From the NCBI GenBank assembly GCA_964016885.1, contig OZ024743.1, forward strand, positions 45,074,001 to 45,138,000: a stretch of DNA of 64,000 nt, read 5' to 3'. Position numbers and translations under genes: made by a program. The notes below the pieces were generated by a model that was not told where the DNA came from, ran no database searches, and was given only the letters and a program-made list of their open reading frames with translations. This DNA comes from Eledone cirrhosa. Taxonomy: Eukaryota. Positions 38,601 to 52,587 of the stretch are shown here, piece after piece (positions within the stretch are counted from its first letter, which is position 1; each line of letters opens with the position of its first letter).

Positions 38601-38857
38601 TGATTACGTTGCTGAATAACATAAAGAATTTATTATTTTAAATTGAGTCTGGCAAACCCCATTGTTCATAGTTAGTATTTTTTTCACCCTAGCGAATCTG
38701 ATTCCTTACGAATTGAACACATATATGTTTATATCTGTGTTTATCTCTCTTTTATATTCAATTATATTACACGGCTCAGAAAAACCTCTTTCTTTGAGGT
38801 ATTTAATTGTAAGAGACTAGACTACTTTGATTTCTAAGTCAATATATACCTTTGATA

Positions 38858-38919
<62 letters not shown>

Positions 38920-38925
<6 letters not shown>

Positions 38926-39267
38926 AATTTCGTATTTCTAAATAATACGGTATGTTTATAAATAAACATTTAGAAAGCCGTAGCTATGAATAACACTGGG
39001 GCAGGCAACGCCATCAAGCGGTGCTCAACAGAACCAAGGGTGACAATAATAACCATATATTTTCGCCTGTTTTCTGAATCCGGCAGTTGCAAGAGCGGGA
39101 GGGATCGTCCTGACGATAACAAGTTGAGTTCGAAATGCATCGATGATTGTCCCCTTGCTTCTGTCGAACACCGCTTGTGTTGCCTGCCAGTGTTATTCAT
39201 AGCTATGGCTTTCTAAATGTTTATCTATAAACATACCGTATTTATTCAGAAATACGAAATTCAAATA
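38920..39267 (+). mobile_element. Foldback element with about 125-bp imperfect inverted arms and an internal hammerhead
   Basis: 38920-39047 is the reverse complement of 39146-39267; preceded by (TA)n. Confidence 0.8.
39104..39147 (+). ncRNA. Minimal type I hammerhead ribozyme (one stem II mismatch)
   Basis: AUCGUC-CUGACGA-UAAC..GUUC-GAAA-UGCA-UC-GAUGAU; 6-bp stem I, palindromic UGCA loop III. Confidence 0.7.
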
Positions 39268-39325
39268 AATATTTGTATACAGCTATGTTCGAAGCTAAAT
39301 TCTAATTGTACATATTTATATATAT

Positions 39326-39376
<51 letters not shown>

Positions 39377-39694
39377 TGTATACATCGCTATTTCAGAGCA
39401 CCAAAACTAATACCTAATTTTTGCTGGACCGGCAATCGCTCTGTGTAATCAGCTCCTGATTATTACTGGAATTCTATAAGAATCCAGCCTTCGGCAAAGG
39501 CACGTGAGTGCATGGCTTTGATAAACGCCAAGCAGCGAGAAACAGCTGTCGGCCATTCTCCCAGCCTTTGCCGAAAATATAAGTAAGTAATAAACTTACT
39601 TATATTTTCTTATATAAAACTGATAGCGAATGGTCTTCTAAATGGTTTTAATTAACATACTGTATATTGCCAAATATTCTATACATACCATACA

Positions 39695-39782
<88 letters not shown>

Positions 39783-39789
39783 TATACAT

Positions 39790-40200
39790 ATATAGCACGT
39801 AAATCATCCATACAAATCGGATTGTTCATCTTACTCCAACCAAACCAATAGCAGGAGGCCACCACCTAAGTGTAAATATCGGAAAGCCGATTTTAAAAAC
39901 GCTTCCTAAAGCACGAGATGACCTTCTGATCTCCGGAAACGATATCTAACACTAAACTCGCAAGTCAGGTTCAGAATATTTAAGACAGCTGCACGAATTT
40001 CTCCATCAAATGGAACATCCTAGAGAGAACCTGGCAAGATCTCATGACGTCCTAGCTCTGTACGGCGGAAAGATGGAATATGCCGAAAAGGCTACACTAC
40101 TCCACAAACGGTCAAACTACAAGAGGCGATTTCTTCAATCGCTACCCCCACACGAATATATTCTCAAGAAGTGGAAACTTTCACCTACACAAAATTAAGA
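39790..40200 (+). pseudogene. Highly decayed Penelope-like GIY-YIG fragment
   Basis: Manual translation across frameshifts gives IGK..FKKRFLKHEMTF..SNTKLASQV..NFSIKWNILER. Confidence 0.5.
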
Positions 40201-40569
40201 ATAACTCTAAAGACAATACAATCTACACACTGACAACTGATCATTCCTTTAAGTTTCCGTGTCTCGCTTATCAACTACCAAATTACTTCTTTAACACATA
40301 CTATATCTAAAACACCTATCCCTTTATATTTCTATGTCACCTCTTTCGGAACTCTTTCACATTTTAAGGAGAAGAAAACAATCATTATAAGATGACATCA
40401 ATATAGGCTGAAATATTAAAGTCTATCTCAATAACAATCTGAAACAGACAGCTAGCGAAACAACTATACTTAAATGACACCATAGTGTAATAAATATCTA
40501 TATACCAGAAAATTTTCTCACAGGTTGTGTGCTCTCCCAAATGTTGATATTCTTTACCAAATTACACAC

Positions 40570-40599
40570 CACACACACGCAATCACATACACATAAACA

Positions 40600-40643
<44 letters not shown>

Positions 40644-40727
40644 CACATATATATATGTATGTATGTTTATATATATATATATATGTATGTGTGTGTATGT
40701 GTATATATGTATGTGTGTATGTATGTG

Positions 40728-40796
<69 letters not shown>

Positions 40797-40899
40797 ATGT
40801 GTATGTGTATATATATGTAAATATATATATATATATATAAATATATATAGATATATAGATACATATATATACAAGTGTGTATTTGTGTGTATATATATT

Positions 40900-40932
<33 letters not shown>

Positions 40933-41001
40933 GTATGTGTGTATATATATATATATATCTGTGTGTGTATATATATATATATGTGTATATGTGTATGTAT
41001 G

Positions 41002-41033
<32 letters not shown>

Positions 41034-41241
41034 CATGTGTGTATATGTATGTGTATATATATATGTGTGTGTGTATATGTGTATATTTATGTGTGTATAT
41101 ATATATATATGTGTGTGTGTGTGTATATGTATGTATATGTGTATGTATGTGTATGTGTGTGTATATGTGTACACACATGTGTGTATGTGTATATATGTAT
41201 GTGTGTGTGTATGTATGTATGTGTATATATATATATATATA

Positions 41242-41290
<49 letters not shown>

Positions 41291-41330
41291 ATGTGTGTAT
41301 ATATATATATATATATGTTTATATGGTTTT

Positions 41331-41364
<34 letters not shown>

Positions 41365-41365
41365 G
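40570..41365. repeat. Complex (TA)n/(TG)n/(TATG)n microsatellite field
   Basis: Direct reading. Confidence 0.95.
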
Positions 41366-41451
41366 CAATAATAATAAATTTGAAGACTGAAATCCAAAGA
41401 GGGCTCGATAAGGATAAATATATATCAAATATATAAGAACCGTAGAGCAAA

Positions 41452-44204
41452 TATTTATTAAAATAACAGATTAAAGTTTAAACAAAAAATCGCTGCTTCC
41501 ACCCTTAACGGGATCTTCTGAAACTAACAAAGTCAATCTGTAAACGCAGAAGTTGATATTTAAAAAAACGTTGCAACCGGAGGAAGACAGGAAGACGATA
41601 CTTTGGTTCGTGGAAACGTTCCCTGGCAAAGAACGGGAAAAAACGAATATAATACGTCATTAATAGGAGCGTTGAAAAACAATTACACGCAAAGACAGAA
41701 CCACGTTTATGGTATAAAAGAAGTCGTAGACAAATGTTCTCTTAGGTGGTTCATAGAGACGTTCTCTGGCAAAGAACGGAAAAAACGAAGATAATACTTC
41801 ATATGTGGAGCGTCGAGAACAATTGCACGCAAAGACAAAACCACGTAAATGGTATATCTGAAGTCGTAGACTGAAATTCTAACTAGGAAACCGAAAGAAT
41901 TTCGGCCCCTCATGCACTGTGGAACAATTCTTTCGCGGTGATTGATTGGTTCAACGGCATATGCAACAAGGAACATTGCCGTTTTATCCAATTCGACATC
42001 AACAATTACTACTCCTCCATCACTTTACCACTTCTATTTAGAGCTATCAATTTCGCTAAAACACTCACAGTGGTTAAGGATTTCGGAGTTGATGTCATCC
42101 TCAATGCCCGTAAGTCGGTGATTAATTTCGACGACTCTATTTGGATTAAAAAATCCAATAGTACGCCATTCGACGTGAGTATGGGCGCCAGCGATTCTGC
42201 GGAGGTTACTGATCTTATCGGCCTTTTCCTTCATTTCTCTATCAAGGACGAACTCTCCATCGCGGGCGGTGGTTTGTACCGTGATGATGGTCTTTTGACA
42301 ATGACTAAGTGCGGACCTCGTGCTTGCGACAGGTTCAGTAAAGAACTCGCAGCCTTCTTTAAAGGCTTCAACCTCTCTATACAGGTTGAGGCCAATCTCT
42401 CTGTCGTTAATACCTCGACGTTACCCTCAATTTATCGAATGGGTTGTATTAACCGTATAGAAAGCCGAACATACGCTTAATTATATAAGTAAGCATTCTA
42501 ACCATCCTGCCAGCATAACTAAAAATCTGGTAAGAAACGTTTCGTTGAGGCTTTCCCGTCTATCTACTAACAAGCATATTTTCACTGACCATTCCACTTA
42601 TTTTTCCCCCTACACATAAATATAGTAACATTTTTAATAGAAATACTATTAAAATTTCTTACTCTACGACTCCTAACCTTGCACATAACATCACAGTTTC
42701 AAATTTAGCTAATCTACCTAGCCGTAGGAACACGTGCAACCCTGTAGTTAGTACTAACTCTAATTGTAGCAATCGGGTTGATTGCCCCCTATCCGGGAAA
42801 TGCCTCTATAGTAACATTGTCTACAAATGTAAGGTTGAAACACCCACGTCCCGTAGGGCCTACATAGGGTTAACCGCCAATAGATTCAAGCAGCGTGTTT
42901 ACATGCATACCCATTCTTTTCGTTACCCTCTAAGAAGGAATATGACGTCACTTTCAACTTATATCTGGAGTCTAAAAACAACCACACCCAATATAAGTTA
43001 CAGTGGGAGATCCTAGCTAGGGCTTGATCGTATAACGTAGATAAAAGAACATGTGACCTCTGCGCCGCTGAGGCCCTGGAAATACTCTACGCCACAGACC
43101 ACATCTTAAACAAAAAATCTGAGGCAATTTCGGCTTGTAAACATAAATTGCACAAAACTTTCCTGTATTACAGCCCCACACTAACGGATAGTACGATCTA
43201 TACGTGGATATTTTACCTCTTGATGTGGTAGATAAGTATATGTTATGTTTATACCATTACTTATTTGCATAGGTAAGTATATATTACCTGTATGTTTTGT
43301 GAAGGTACGTATACTTTCTCGTACGTATATTTGATTGTATATGTTATGGCGTATAATTTCATATATTCTGGTACATATGGTTTGGTTATGTGTATACGGG
43401 AGTTTTGCGTCTATGTGAGTATGCAGGTTGGTACGTATGTAGGGTGTGTGTATATGTGTACTTCATGTTTTGGTTGACGTACGTATCCGAACTTTTGTGT
43501 ATTTACATGTAGGTATGTGTGTGCGCTTGTTATATACGTATTTATTCATTTATATACGTTTATTTATTTATTTATTTGTATACACGCACGCACACACACA
43601 CATATTTATCTGTGCGTGGTTTTGTATACCTATGGCAAGTGTTTTGGCGTATGCTTGTGTATGTACGTATTTGCATGCGTGTATGTATTTATTTAATTTC
43701 TATTACCTCTGTATTGTATTTTTTTACTTTATTCTTAACTCTGAAGAGCGGAGATTCTTTCGGTTTCCTATTTATAATTTTAGTCTACGACTTCAGCTAT
43801 ACGATTTATGTGGTTTTGTCTTTGCGTGCAATTGTTCTCCACGCTCCACATATGACGTATTATTTTCGTTTTTTCCGTTCTTTGCCAGAGAACGTCTCTA
43901 TGAACCACCTACGAGAACATTAGTCTACGACTTCTTTTATACCATAAACGTGGTTCTGTCTTTGCGTGTAATTGTTTTTCACCGCTCCTATTAATGACGT
44001 ATTATATTCGTTTTTTCCCGTTCTTTGCCAGGGAACGTTTCCACGAACCAAAGTATCGTCTTCCTGTCTTCCTCCGGTTGCAACGTTTTTTTAAATATCA
44101 ACTTCTGCGTTTACAGATTGACTTTGTTAATTTCAGAAGATCCCGTTAAGGGTGAAAGCAGCGATTCTTTGCTTAAACTTTAATCTGTAATTTTAATAAA
44201 TATA
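41452..44204 (+). mobile_element. Naiad-type Penelope-like element, 5'-truncated, with an inverted pseudo-LTR at the 5' end
   Basis: RT fragment 41938-42480 (QFDINNYY, MGASDSAEVTDLIG, YRDD); GIY-YIG about 42780-43170; 41452-41902 is an inverted copy of 43755-44204. Confidence 0.88.
43781..44038 (+). repeat. About 140-bp tandem duplication inside the pseudo-LTR
   Basis: tagtctacgacttc...ttctttgccag(a/g)gaacg occurs at 43781 and 43921. Confidence 0.8.
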
Positions 44205-44219
44205 TGTATATAAGAATTA

Positions 44220-47200
44220 AAATACTAGAGTGTGTTGGAGTTAAACACCCTCTTCATATTATAGAAATGACAGTAAAGGTATAGCTCAATGTAATTAAAC
44301 ATAGCCGAAGAATTAAGAAATAAACCAAAGAAGCCTTCAATACATCAAAAGTCTTTATTAGCCAACAATGTTTCGTCCTATTAAGGACTCATCAGGGCAA
44401 GTAAAGCTATAAGAAGCACTATCGGCCAATACAAGCCAAAAACTCAGAAGAATATGGAGTATACATACATTAAAGCATATGAAAATTATCAAGTAAAAAT
44501 TATCAAGTAAAAATTGCTAAGGAAGTGAATAACATTTTGAACCATATTACAAATATAGTACAATGCAAAAACTAAAGCTAAACACAAGTGGTGATATAAA
44601 GGGAGAATTACGGTGCTAAATATAATATAATATAATATAATATAATTGATAATGATAATAGTAATAATATTAAAAGGCCCAATAAACATACACATACATA
44701 TACATATGTACACATATACATATACATATATATATCAATACACATATCCATCTATACACCTATTAAGAGTTTAAATATAAATAAAAATAAAAATAAAAAT
44801 AATACATATATTATTTACAGTATGAAATGATAAAAGTAAACATATAAAATATAATATACTATATAAATATATAATTAATAATCTCCGGTCAATTTGCACA
44901 AACAGTATAAATATTACAATAACAATATAATAACAATATTATAATATATTGCCATATAACATAACAAATCATATAAAGTTACACACAGGGTTGAGAAAAA
45001 ATATCATACAGAACTAAATTGTGTTGAAAAGATTGTGCTGGAAAAATATCTATACCGTTGTAAGAAAACAGACGGAGGTCAAGTTTGTACACAATTGGTA
45101 TAAATAAGTATTATCTGAACATTACAAAAATTATAAAAATATAAACATATTACAGAATTTACAAAATTTAACATAAGGGTACATCAATATCAAATAATGA
45201 ACATAGTATAATATACATAATTACATGGTTGGTAGACAGACATATGTGAATCAGTGAATAAGACCCAGACAGAAAACTACGCACAGTAGTAAAAAAAATA
45301 TAAATATAAATAAAATAAAATCAACCGGAAATCGAAAAACAAAAACAAAAATGTATACTTAGGAGTCACAAGCAGTTAAGTACAACAAAATTTGGAAACA
45401 AACCCGGATAAATGACTCGAAAACCCTATTAAATTAATTAATATTGCAAGTATTTAAAATATATAAGTCAATACAAAATTAGCTATGGTTTAAGTAATCA
45501 AAATCTCCAAAGTTTAAGATATCTCAATAAGGACATCCAGAATAGAATGAAATACTTTACTATCAGTTGAATAACGTTATCTAATAAACAGACTTTAAAT
45601 AGAACTATGGTAGGCCAATGGGGACAGAAAAAAGAAATATATGGAGGATGCGAAGGATCATAAAATCATAATCAATATACTGTATTATACAATAGAAAGG
45701 GGCATAAAAGGGAATTGAATATAATTATAGTATAATTGAAGGGGCGAATGACAAGTGGGGGGGGGGGGAGAAAGGGGGGGAAGTGGGAGGGGTTTAATTA
45801 TCTAAATGAGAATCCAAATAAAATATAATAATATAAAGTAAAATAAAATAAAATATATAATCAGATATAAACTCATAAGGTGTTAATAGTGAAAATATAA
45901 TATTTAAGAAGAAAGATATGGTATGATAGCCAAAAGACTATGAAAGCTAGATCGAAAAGCTGTTAAAAACCAATAATAATAATAATGATAATGATGGAGG
46001 TAAACAAAATGAACCTAAACAAAAAAGATCAGGGAATATAGCAGCTAATGGATACAATTTACACTACCAGAACTTTTAGGTTTATAATAAAAGTAAGAAT
46101 TAGAAATGGCGTGGGGGCAAGAAGAGAATATCTCAGAATTTCTATTAAGTAAGAGTTCCCTAGAAAAAATTATGGAGTGGGTCTCAAGGATACAGTGATT
46201 ACAGAATTTAGTGTGTGTTGATAGGTTATTAGAGCGTGCTACTATTCGCCAATTAAGGCTATATGGTATATTAGCCCCCTTAAGATCCCAGATATGGTGT
46301 GCTGAAGAAGTAGAATACTTAAACTTAACATGTTTAAAATTAGAGATATGAGAATTAAACCTAGTCTTAAAAGTGTTAGATGTTGAGCCTATATATGTGC
46401 TATTAGAGGAATTAGTTTTAACTACACAAGCATAAACGATGTTCTTAGAGAGGCAGTTACCGTTTAAAGGGCAGTTAACACTCACTCTACAGTTACACTT
46501 CCGGGTGATATTAATCGGCTGAAGTAGTGATGCATCCCTCGTAGGGTTACTATGAGATAAGGTATACTCAGGTGGTAAGGCATTTATGGATCTATCCAGA
46601 CTAGTAGTACGCAGAGAGGAGTAGCCATCCCTAATTTTCCCATTGTTATTGCTAGCTAAATTAGAACTAGTATTAGGGGTGGTAGAAAATGATAGTTTAA
46701 TTACATTTTTATTAAAAATACCATGGTATTTATTAGTAGGAGGGAAATTTTTCTCTAAGATAGAAAAGAAAGACCTAGGGATGTTAGTTAATACTTCCTG
46801 ATTATATGGCGGGTTAAAATAAGTATTTAGTCTCCTTCTATTTCTATCCTTACCAACTCTACCGTTATCTAATATCCCATTATTATTAAGATCTGGGTTA
46901 CTACGAGGACTAGTTAAAACCACATTATTAGAATCAGCCGAAACTCCATTGAGTCTCTTTCTGTTTCTACCTTCAGTATATCTACTGCTATCTGGAATCA
47001 TATCAAAAGGATTAGGGCTAATAATAGGATCAGTAGAAACAACTATTAGAATTAGATTTAGCATAAGCATTACCACTGAGTGAGCGTTCAGAGCGCCCAA
47101 CTTGATTCCTAGAACTATTAGATTCACTATTACGAATGCGGTGGCTTAACTTGTGGATGGGTTCGGATACACCTATGTGATTTCTACGATTCTTATGCTT

Positions 47201-47712
47201 TCTACTCCCATTCATGGCAATATTATGGGATATTATGTTATTATTATTATTATATGTAAGCGGAGACTTTCTAAGGTTACTATTATTATAATGTATTTTA
47301 CCAGAGTAACCAGAGCTAGCTAGGGCGTTATTATAGTACTCTGCATGTGCATTAAATATTCCTATGTCCTTAGAGAGTGTGGAAATTCTATTAGATACAC
47401 CATTAATTATAGAGCTTATCATAGATTTCGGGTGGTTAGAATTGGGACTAACATAAGAGAGTATTTCATTAGGCTTATGGAAGGGTTTAAAACTATTAGT
47501 GACCAAGTCCAAAGTCACATCTAAAAAGTTGACCGCTCTATCATTTCTATCTATCGTGATCAAAAGGTCAAAGCTTTTAAAAAACTTGTAAATTTTCTTA
47601 TTATTATGCTCGATATTATTGGTGCTAGAGTTAATCACAAACAATGCGTCGTCACGATAAAGTCCGCCTTTAAGGTGCGGAAAGGTAACATACAGTTCAT
47701 TTAGGAGGAACA

Positions 47713-47713
<1 letters not shown>
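44220..47713 (-). mobile_element. Second Naiad-type Penelope-like family, 5'-truncated, long AT-rich 3' UTR
   Basis: ORFs 47030-47713 (GGLYRDD, SNHP) and 46045-47127 (FNPPY, KCNCRVSVNCPLNGNC, VYAC..YIGST, CxxC..H); left boundary approximate. Confidence 0.85.
44359..44400 (-). ncRNA. Type I hammerhead ribozyme in PLE 3' region
   Basis: GCC-CUGAUGA-GUCCU(UAAU)AGGAC-GAAAC(AUU)GU-U-GGC. Confidence 0.85.
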
Positions 47714-47950
<237 letters not shown>

Positions 47951-48144
47951 GATAAATCTACCAAGAGTTTACGGTAGTGTCCAATCCGTATGAAGAACTC
48001 AATGTAATCCGGATATCATGGAAAGAAGAGATGCAATGAAAAATCACTTTCGGTGAAAGATAAACGGAATACAGAGTCAAGATAAAATATTAAAAAAATA
48101 ATGAATAAAACAATGAAACAGTTCCTTATATTAAACAAAAAAAG

Positions 48145-48299
48145 TTCATTATTTAACGATCGTTTCTAGGATATATATGTGTTAGAATTGGCATGCATAT
48201 TCAACAGATCTATGTACAAAATTATACAAAATTATACAAACTATCAAAATTAAATATACATACCCAACACATATATATGCCGTCTTCAGAAATAATGAA
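48145..48299 (-). ncRNA. Type I hammerhead ribozyme with greatly extended stem-loop II
   Basis: UUCAUUAUUU-CUGAAGA-[about 115 nt including a 14-bp helix]-GAAAC(GAUC)GU-U-AAAUAAUGAA; perfect 10-bp stem I. Confidence 0.72.
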
Positions 48300-48903
48300 A
48301 TATATTTATTGATAATAACAACAATTCAAAATTTCAGGTCCGTTTGGGAACAGAGTTCAAATTGACCAATGAAAATACAAAAAATTTTATGCAGTTTGGT
48401 GTGTGTATATACATGTAATTAACTTCATACACATATTTACATAAAGATATATGTTCACATGCATACGCATGCCAAAAAGATGTATGCAAATACAAAAATT
48501 CAAGGCTAATGTCTCTGTAAGTCTATAATCCACAGATAAAATGCGTATAGACACATAAATATGAAACAAATGTATACACACATTCATATACTCACACATA
48601 TTCGTACACTCACACCCACACGCGCGTATATGCATAAACATACACATAACTACGAACATACATACACACACACACACCCCCAAACACATATATATGTGCA
48701 TATAGTATTATCATAAGCATATGGACATTAATGCACGCACATAAACACTGCCACACATATTTAGATCAGGATACAGAAATTAGGTGGGAGGGGGGAGAGG
48801 TCAGTATACAACCGTTTCGGCAGGCTGCCTATTTATAGATGTATCTATAAACTTAGAAATAAAAAGAAAAGAAAAAGAAAAAAGAAAAAAGAAATATATC
48901 AAG

Positions 48904-48904
<1 letters not shown>

Positions 48905-48941
<37 letters not shown>

Positions 48942-49316
48942 CACACATACACACACACACACACACATATATATACATATACATATATATATACACATAT
49001 ATACACACATATATATATACATACACATACATATACACATATATACACACACATATATACACACACATGTATATATATATACACACATATATATACACAC
49101 ACATATATATACAAACAAGTAAAATATAAAGTATACATCGATATACATACATATAGACATATAAATAAATACACACGCATACACACACATACATATACAT
49201 ACATATATATATATAAATACACTCATATATATACACACATACACATACATACCCACATATAAATATATATATATACATAAATATATATATATATACACAC
49301 ATACACACATACACAT

Positions 49317-49385
<69 letters not shown>

Positions 49386-49507
49386 CACATACATACACAT
49401 ACATACACATATACACACATACATATATACTCACACACACACACCTACACATACATACACATACACATATATAAAGATATATATACACACACACACACAC
49501 ATATATA

Positions 49508-49545
<38 letters not shown>

Positions 49546-50002
49546 ACATATACATACATATATACATACATACATACATATACATACATATATATACACA
49601 CATATACATACACACATACACTCATACATACATACACACACACATACATACACACACATACATACTCATACATAGACATAGATATATACCCACACACACA
49701 TACGCACTTACATATACGCATATATACAAATACATACACATCCATATATGCGTATATACATACAAACACCACTACACGCTCACACAACTCAGACATACAA
49801 AGAAAAAGGTATATACATATACATATATACACATATAAATAGAGATACATATACACATATATATATATATATAGATATATATATATATATACCCACACAC
49901 ACGTAGAACCATAAACACACATACAAACACATACATACACACATACATACATATATATACACACACACAAAGACACACATACATATATATATCTATATAT
50001 AC

Positions 50003-50047
<45 letters not shown>

Positions 50048-50130
50048 TATACATACATACACATACACTCACACATATATAGACATGCACACACATACAT
50101 ACATACATACATACATACACATACACATAC

Positions 50131-50161
<31 letters not shown>

Positions 50162-50285
50162 CACATACATACATATACATACATATATATATATATATAT
50201 ACATACATACATACATATATGTATATATGTAATTGAATGTGTGTGTGTTTGTGGGTGCGCGCGAGTGTGTGAGTGTGTGCGTGTT
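48905..50285. repeat. Complex (TA)n/(CA)n/(TACA)n microsatellite field
   Basis: Direct reading. Confidence 0.95.
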
Positions 50286-50729
50286 TTTGAATGAGTCTGT
50301 TGACTTTTGGAATATAGTTTAGGAGAAATTTGAAGATAATGGTATGATATGCACTCAATATTTTGAACTGGTCTATAGAATTCTCTAGGCCTTTGTCACT
50401 AAGTAGAACCTTAAAGAATTAGCTTTTAAAGAATTTCCCTTTTCTTTAAATCCCTCAACCATGACTGACCCCCAACGATCTTATAGACACCTGAAATATA
50501 GGCATTGTTAGCTTAAGAGAAACTTAAAAATAAGGAGTGGCACCCCATTCTGAACTTGTTTATAGAATTCTTTCTGCCTTTGTTACTCGAAATATAAATT
50601 ATAGCTTTAAAGAATTAGCTTTTAATGAATTCCCTTTTCTATCAACCAATGACCTCTACCCATCCCACACCCTACCCTCTCCTACCACCTGAAGAAACCT
50701 ATAAATACTATATTTATTTTTTGATACCC

Positions 50730-50780
50730 AGATTCCTGATGATTTCTAAAGAATGAAACAGTTCTAGTCCTCTAGAATCT
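50730..50780 (+). ncRNA. Degenerate type I hammerhead motif
   Basis: AGAUUC-CUGAUGA-UUUC(UAAA)GAAU-GAA-ACAG..CUCU-A-GAAUCU; one mismatch each in stems II and III. Confidence 0.5.
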
Positions 50781-50792
50781 CATCTATATTAA

Positions 50793-50850
<58 letters not shown>

Positions 50851-51306
50851 TTTCTCCTGTCTATGTGAGAGGCAGCACGATTATACCAGCACTGAGTCGT
50901 AGCTGACCACCAGGCTAAAGTCTCCCAGTTTAGCCACAACTTAGTATTTTTCCACGGTTACCTTTTTGCATGTTTCTTTCACCTGTTTCTTCCCTCGCTG
51001 GGACCTGTACATTTTTTTTTCTTCTATCCTTTCCTATTTTTCCCCTTCTTCCTCTCTCCTCACTCCCCCCCCCCTGTTCTTCTGCCTTTCACTCTCTTTC
51101 CCTTTCTCTCTCCTTTTTTTCTCTCTTTCTCTCTCCTTTTCCACCTGGGGCACCCGAACTACACCGATGTCCTGTAATTCAGCGCTGAAACATCGGTTCC
51201 GGAAACATTTACAGCTGACGATGGAAACTCCTTTCTTCTTTTCTGCTCCTGTTCCGTCCTAACCACCATCCTAAACCTTGTTTTTAGTAACCACACAGCT
51301 CCCTTT

Positions 51307-51345
<39 letters not shown>

Positions 51346-51979
51346 TTATATATATAATATATTTATATATATATATATAGATGTATATATACAGTGGACG
51401 AAAATCTAATCTCAGGAAACTCACTAAAAATCGTTATACTTTTGACTCGAAAAAGTCGCTTGAGAAAACGCAATTTAAAGTTGTCATATCTTTTAGATAT
51501 AAGACGCCATTTTTTTATATAAATTAGCGTTTTTTATGGTATGTGAATAAAAAGTTACTTTTTCCTAGATTAATCAATCTCACAAGACGTATACGTTATA
51601 TTGTATGTGTAGGAATAGAATATGAAGATGTGTGTCCTCTGTGTAGAAGTGTATGAATAAAACTAACAAAGAATCAGTGTCATATTTATACTTAAATTGT
51701 AGAAGACACTAAATGTGGATCTAAGAAATATATTTTGTTGATGACCTGATAGTCAAGATGATTAATTAGTTGGTCTATTATATTTTGCGATGTTTGAAAT
51801 GTTACAAATGAAAACGACCACTGATGTACATTTAATTATCAGTTTTTGATCTTGAAATGAAAGCGACTGAAATACCAATTACTACCATTCACATTTAATG
51901 TATCTGTGTTATCTGTATTTATTATACCCTGTTTAAGGTTCAGTCCACCTCGTGATCCCTACGGACGGGTTTACAGAAG

Positions 51980-52196
51980 TGCGGTGGATTGTCAGTATCG
52001 GTACAGCATCAAACAACATACGTGACGGCATCTAGTTACGACCTTTTACGTTCTCTGTTCAAATCCTGCCGAGGTTAGCCTTGCCTTTTATCATTACTGT
52101 GTCGATAAAATACCAGTAACGCACTGGGGGCAATATAATCGACTGTCTTCTTCTCTTCAAATTGGTAAAATTGTACCAAAAGTAGAAGCAGTTATT
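51980..52196 (+). mobile_element. Degenerate tRNA-derived SINE (octopus-type)
   Basis: B-box-like gttcaaatcc followed by gccgaggt..ttgccttt..gtcgataaaataccagt..actgggg..aatcgact, recalled as typical of the abundant octopus SINE; second copy starts at about 63931. Confidence 0.65.
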
Positions 52197-52482
52197 GGAT
52201 TACAAAATATAAAGTCTTCCATATACACGAAGATAAGTCAAATTAAATTTCGTTTGTGAAAATCAGATGCGCAAACACATTTTTCTCTTTCTCATCTCTT
52301 TCTCATGAAGTGCAATAATTTATGTAATGCATACGATTGAGCATGGTATTATGCAGTCAGTGTATGTAGACGGTTATTGTACCGAAACATATGTTAAAGA
52401 ATGAACTTTTAATAAATTTCTCCTTCTGACCAATCTTCTTGGCTAGTTATTCCTGATTTGCCTGGTACCATACTTATTAGAT

Positions 52483-52557
<75 letters not shown>

Positions 52558-52587
52558 AGTTTATTTGAAGTATTGCGTAATGAGGTA

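Noticed and set aside
40498-41436. Long Y/I/H/T/C/V-rich ORFs (also 31900-33047 and 47701-50358)
   Set aside because: Translations of (TA)n/(CA)n microsatellites, which lack stop codons; not genes.
44125-44170. CAGAAGA-UCCC..GGGU-GAAA hammerhead-like string (related strings near 33100 and 41500)
   Set aside because: Core has A in place of U and no convincing stem I or III.
51190-51230. UUCCG-GAAAC...CUGACGA-UGGAA type II hammerhead-like string
   Set aside because: Only about 8 nt between the core halves, too short for stems I and III.
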